A program made the translations under genes and the position numbers. Below the pieces are notes generated by a model that ran no database searches, was not told where the DNA came from, and worked only from the letters and a program-made list of their open reading frames with translations. A stretch of DNA of 54,771 nt, filler included, from Jimgerdemannia flammicorona (lineage: Eukaryota), in assembly GCA_003990765.1 (NCBI GenBank). It is 3 parts of 3 records of this genome, joined end to end, with 100 filler letters (N's around TTAATTAATTAA, not from the genome) between each part and the next. Parts side by side here need not be neighbours in the genome. Positions count along the whole stretch, not along the records: positions 36,584 to 54,771 come from RBNJ01002271.1; 2 more parts are not named here. One strand, given 5' to 3'. Shown piece after piece: positions 50,720 through 54,771 of the stretch (its first letter is position 1; each line of letters opens with the position of its first letter).

Positions 50720-51135
50720 TGTGGATCCAAATCCTTTCTTTCCTCTTCTTGTTTCCTCCAGCTTCTTAACTTCTATGATCTTTGGTTGTAGGATCGGAAA
50801 GATCAACATTTGGGCCAATCAGTCCTTCTTCTTGACTGGAAATGGGATTGTAGGATTGTGATTCCTAGCAATGAGTAGAATTTCTCCAGTGTAGTCTGAA
50901 TCAATGACTCCTCCTTCAATTGTAATTTTGCTTCTAGCCAGGCTGCTTCTTGTCTTGAGAATCCCAACATGATCCTTTGGGATGGTCATCTCCAATCCGG
51001 TTACAAGTAGGGTGGTTGTCTGGGGTTCTAGTACGGTTTCTTCTACTGTAGTGATGTCCATTCCAGCTGCATTTTCTGACTTGTATTCTGGCAAGACTGC
51101 ATCAGGGTGGATCCTTCGAATCTTGACCTTGATTT
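50720..51135 (-). pseudogene. dut: F2 dUTPase
   Basis: AAGMDI, RSSLA, GVIDSDYTGEI, *LAQ, RGKKGFGSTG. Confidence 0.93.
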
Positions 51136-51469
51136 CTTCTTCATCATCACTGTCCTCCAGGAGAGCTGGTGGTTCGTCATCTTCCTCCTTCTCTTCTTCC
51201 CTGATCTGTTTTTCAAGAGCTTTCTGCCTTTTTGCCTGATGGATCTTCCTGATTCCAATGGTGTACTGGTAGCAATCATTGATGTGCTCCATGCAGTACA
51301 TCTTGATCCCATGAGGACAGACTCCTTGTGGGGCATAACCTTCTGTGATCTTCTTACACCATTCTTCTTCACTCATCCATCCGACTTTCTTCTTCTTTGG
51401 AGTAGTCACCATATAAGCTTCCTCCTGCTCACTCTCTTCTTCCTCCATGTCAGGCAGGACTCCTTTGTT

Positions 51470-51850
51470 GACATTGATGGGAATTCATATCTTCTGTCCC
51501 TGGTAGGTGATCTGCATCTTCTGGGCATTGAGGTCGATTACTGCCTTGGCTTTGTGAAGCCATTGATTGCCAATGAGGATGTTATAGTTGGTGGCATTGG
51601 TTATGATTACATCTACTGGGATGATTGCTCCTCCAATCTTGATGGGAACGTCTCAGATCTTTCCCAGAGGTGTGGCTCTTGTACCATCAGCTGTGACAAA
51701 CACCAGCTTAGTTGCCTCTTCCACATCCCAACCTAGGCGGTCTGCTGCCTTCTTGCTGAGGAGACATCCTCCTGCTCTCATATCAATAATGGCCTCAAAG
51801 ATTCTATCTTCAATTTGACATGTGGCATATGCAGAGGTTTTGTGATTGTC
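51470..51850 (-). pseudogene. F2 aspartic protease
   Basis: AIIDMRAGG (DTG decayed); YNILIGNQW. Confidence 0.85.
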
Positions 51851-52299
51851 CTCACTTTCTTCTCCTGAGTCCTCTTGAGCATTATTGGCCTCAGTTATCT
51901 TCCATCCCTGTTCCTTAGTTGTTTCGGTAAGTCCAAACCTCATTTGCTGTCTGAATGTAGGGATTTCTGCAAGCTGGCCAAAGGTTGCATTGACCTTTTG
52001 TTGGCTGAGGTCCTTGAAGATATCATACTTGAAGGTCTTGGTCTTGCAAAGCTTCTTCTCTTTTTCTCCTTCACTGGCTAGAGTGATTCCTTGGATGATA
52101 TCTTGAACTGCTTGCTCCAGCTCTGTATCTTGGTCCATCTCTTCGGCTTGGCTTTCTGTGGCAGTTTCCATCTGCTTTTCCACTGGATTCTTCTTGGGTC
52201 TTCCTGGTGGTCTCTTGTAGGGTTCTTTGCAAGCATCCTTCTTGGTGGTTTGAGCAAGATAGGCCTCCCATTCTTCTTCATCAGAATCTCCAATCTCCT

Positions 52300-53188
52300 T
52301 GAAGGTAATTGTATTGGCCTGCTCCTTGTTTCATGTGGCATTGCTTAGTTGAGCCTTGCACTTGGTTTCGCTCATGCATTCATAGGAGTAGTGGCCTTCT
52401 TCTCCACAAGTATAGCAGGTACCTTTCTTCTTGTCTGAGGTGGTGGCGAACTTCTGAACAGGGTGGCGGTCTCTTCCTTGAATTTCATTTACCACGTCTC
52501 CCAGGTGGGCAGTCATTTCAGCAAACCTTTTGGCGAGTTCCTCCATAGGGTCACTGTTCTTTTGCTGCTCTGTAGCTTTTGGCTGAGGTGTGTTTCAATT
52601 GATCATTGTGGTAGGGATCATGCTGGTTGCCTTGGGTGCCTCGATTCTGACTCCTGTGACCCTTTCCATTGAATAGTCTTGTGGATGTCTGGCTATCCAG
52701 TATCACTGAGCATAGGTGACCTTCTGTGGCAGATCTAGAATCACTGGTGATGAGCAGATGGCCATGGCTATTTCTGGATGGACTCCTTTCATGAAGGTTG
52801 CTTTGGCTACTTGATCTTGGATAGCAGCAGCATAATCTGCAAGGATTATCTGATATCAAATTCTGGTATAGAATGTGTTTAGATTCTCGCTCATTCCTTG
52901 GCATATTGTGTTGAGCTGATCCTTCAGGGCTTGCTTGATCTTGTCTGTATAATATGTATTTCGGAGCCAAGTCTTCTGTGCTGTCAGTATGGCATCAGCA
53001 TCATTTCCTGCATGGGTTGCAGCTATGAATGCTGCTCTGGTAGGGCCTCGTAGGCTAAAGGGCATGAGGGCTACTTGCTGTACTGCTGTCAGGGTCCTTA
53101 CAGCAGTATACTGCTCGAAATCATCAATGAAGGTGATGATTGATTTGTCTGAGATATATCCGTGGAATACTGGTGGTCTCATATCCAT
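52300..53188 (-). pseudogene. gag: F2 gag
   Basis: RPPVFHG...FIDDFEQY...SLRGP.RAAF; knuckle CYTCGEEGHYSYEC. Confidence 0.9.
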
Positions 53189-53269
53189 CTTGTCTGGGTA
53201 TTGGGGCTCAGTTTGTGTAGTGGTAGTTGTTCATTGTTCAGCTTGAAAGTGAGAGATTTGTCTTGAATC

Positions 53270-53287
53270 ACCAGCCAATGGGCACCA
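53270..53287 (-). promoter_or_regulatory. F2 PBS (tRNA identity uncertain; His- or Lys-like)
   Basis: TGGTGCCCATTGGCTGGT 3 nt inside the 5' LTR; same at ~38404-38421. Confidence 0.7.
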
Positions 53288-53932
53288 AGTTGTAACGTAG
53301 CAGATGCTTACTCTTGAAAGTATGTCAGATTTCTGTATCTTGAAAACTTAACTGTTCTGACTCTTGCAGAGTCTCTTGAAGTTGCTGGAGAGAGTGGGTG
53401 AGTTCGAAGTATATCTGCCTGCAGGCTTACTAGTTCCTTTGCTATCTCTTTGCTTTGAACTATTTTGATCTGAGATTTATTCACTCGAAGATACTGGGTT
53501 ATTTATATAAGTTTGCTAGCTATGAGATGGTTACTGGGTTACGTGGCTAAGTTATGAGTCATTTAATACTTTGTGAAATATTCAGCAAGTTGTGAAATAC
53601 TATACTATATTGGGAAGCTCGATCTTGCACTCTGTGAAATATTTAGCAAGTTGCGAAATCGAGGACTGTTAACTATGTGACTATACTACTTTGGGACTGG
53701 GTGCGATCAAGTGTCTGTTCCCTATTTCCTTCTTCCAAATCTGGCTATACCATTATACTGTCTATTTTTTTGAGGATAATAAGCTATAGTTTAATTATAC
53801 TGAATATTTTACTTCTTATAGAGAACCTTGAAGAGCTAATTTATGAATTCTATTCCTTTATCTATTGTTACTTACTTTGGGGTCTTGAATTGGCAGATAA
53901 TTTCTTTATAGAAGAAATTAATAATTAACTAT

Positions 53933-54771
53933 TGTAACAGTGACCCCAGAATGATGACATCAGCATAGGAGACAGCCTTTCTTTATAAGCCACCAGATCA
54001 GAGTACAAGAAGATCATACGGCATATGAGATGAGCAACGATGACCAACTGTGAGTCATTGTGACTACAGTACAAGCATCCTGAAGAATATAAAAGAAGGA
54101 TCAAGGAACCGCAGTAGCAGCAGCCAACAAGAACCTCAATCCCAAAATAGCTCAAAGACTTACCACAAACAAAATGCCTGCTGCCTGCCAAACCTCAAGG
54201 TCAAGGAATCATCAAGGTATCTCGGTCGAGGAAAGGATGTTTCAAGACATCAGAAGAGCCATGAGGACCCGCTCAAGAAGGACTCCTAGTGTCAACCTGG
54301 GTACTACAGACCCCTATCACTTTATCCTCTATCGCTGTGAAATGGAAACAAGGATCACCATTGCCACCGAATGCCTCCAAATATGGCAGGAGTATGAAAT
54401 AGGAAACCTCCTCTGCTGGGAGTTCCCACAGGCCAGCCCTCAAGAGCTACAAGATGCCACCCCCATAGACCTACATAAGGCAAGGACGGCAAAGAAGATC
54501 CATCAGATCTTCAGGCATGTACCATGGTCAATCCCCAACTTGGAGTATGTTAGAGTCTCAGACTTCAGAGACCTATCATCCTGCCAAATCAATGCACTAG
54601 AAGCCAGGGTGGCTACAGAAGCCCGGTCCACTATCACCCTCAACAGCGAAGAAGTAGAAGACTTCTGGCACCCTATCCTTCAGGACAACCCAGACCAGTT
54701 CCTGCAAGGGTTGATCTCAGTATTCCAAGGCCCAAGCATCCAGGTCAGACCTCCCCAGGACCCCACATTTG
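53933..54771 (+). mobile_element. Second F3 LTR copy, runs off the window
   Basis: Starts TGTAACAGTGACC; colinear with 42652-43490; inserted in the old F2 integrase relic. Confidence 0.9.
54174..54771 (+). CDS. F3 LTR-encoded ORF3-family protein, open to the window end
   Basis: MPAACQTSRSRNHQG...WQEYEIGNLL...RTAKKIHQIFRHVPWSIPNLEYVRVSDF...; no stop in ~199 codons. Confidence 0.75.
   Translation, partial: MPAACQTSRSRNHQGISVEERMFQDIRRAMRTRSRRTPSVNLGTTDPYHFILYRCEMETRITIATECLQIWQEYEIGNLLCWEFPQASPQELQDATPIDLHKARTAKKIHQIFRHVPWSIPNLEYVRVSDFRDLSSCQINALEARVATEARSTITLNSEEVEDFWHPILQDNPDQFLQGLISVFQGPSIQVRPPQDPTF

Larger units (their letters stand above)
47055..53757 (-). mobile_element. Full-length Ty3/Gypsy F2 (6.7 kb; gag-PR-Cys/His-dUTPase-RT-RH-IN-ORF3), inactivated
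   Basis: 467-bp LTRs at 47055-47521 and 53291-53757; TSD CTGT; PBS TGGTGCCCATTGG; PPT CAGGAGGAAG. Confidence 0.97.

Noticed and set aside
51107..51736. Long antisense ORFs over gag/pol (also 9560-10000, 43437-43847)
   Set aside because: Shadow frames of purine-biased coding strands; no motifs and not conserved between copies.
53940..54150. Possible chromodomain or upstream ORF at the start of the F3 LTR
   Set aside because: All frames have stops shared by both copies and no convincing aromatic-cage motif.

Overview
Eukaryotic, most likely fungal (inference), transposon-graveyard DNA. It holds no recognisable host protein gene and has two N-gap linkers. The window is a nested stack of Ty3/Gypsy LTR retrotransposons, labelled here F1-F4. 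F1 has three copies, two full-length and flanked by ATAT. F2 has one full-length copy plus fragments and relics. F3 appears as ORF-bearing LTRs, and F4 is an old relic. There is also a Ty1/Copia relic, a hAT-type foldback MITE with an 8-bp TSD, a poly(A)-tailed non-LTR insertion, and a ~2.5 kb CpG-retaining unique island. All repeats are eroded by C>T/G>A transitions (RIP-like). F1, F2 and F4 all encode dUTPase plus a shared Cys/His module, in different domain orders. The main observation is an unannotated accessory protein family (core: Y-x(1-2)-[IL]G-x27/28-A[KD][RK][IL][HY]x[IL][FY]...[SN]D[FI]). In F1 and F2 it follows pol with overlapping stop/start codons. In F3 it lies inside the LTR itself. 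All alignments were done by eye and no searches were run.
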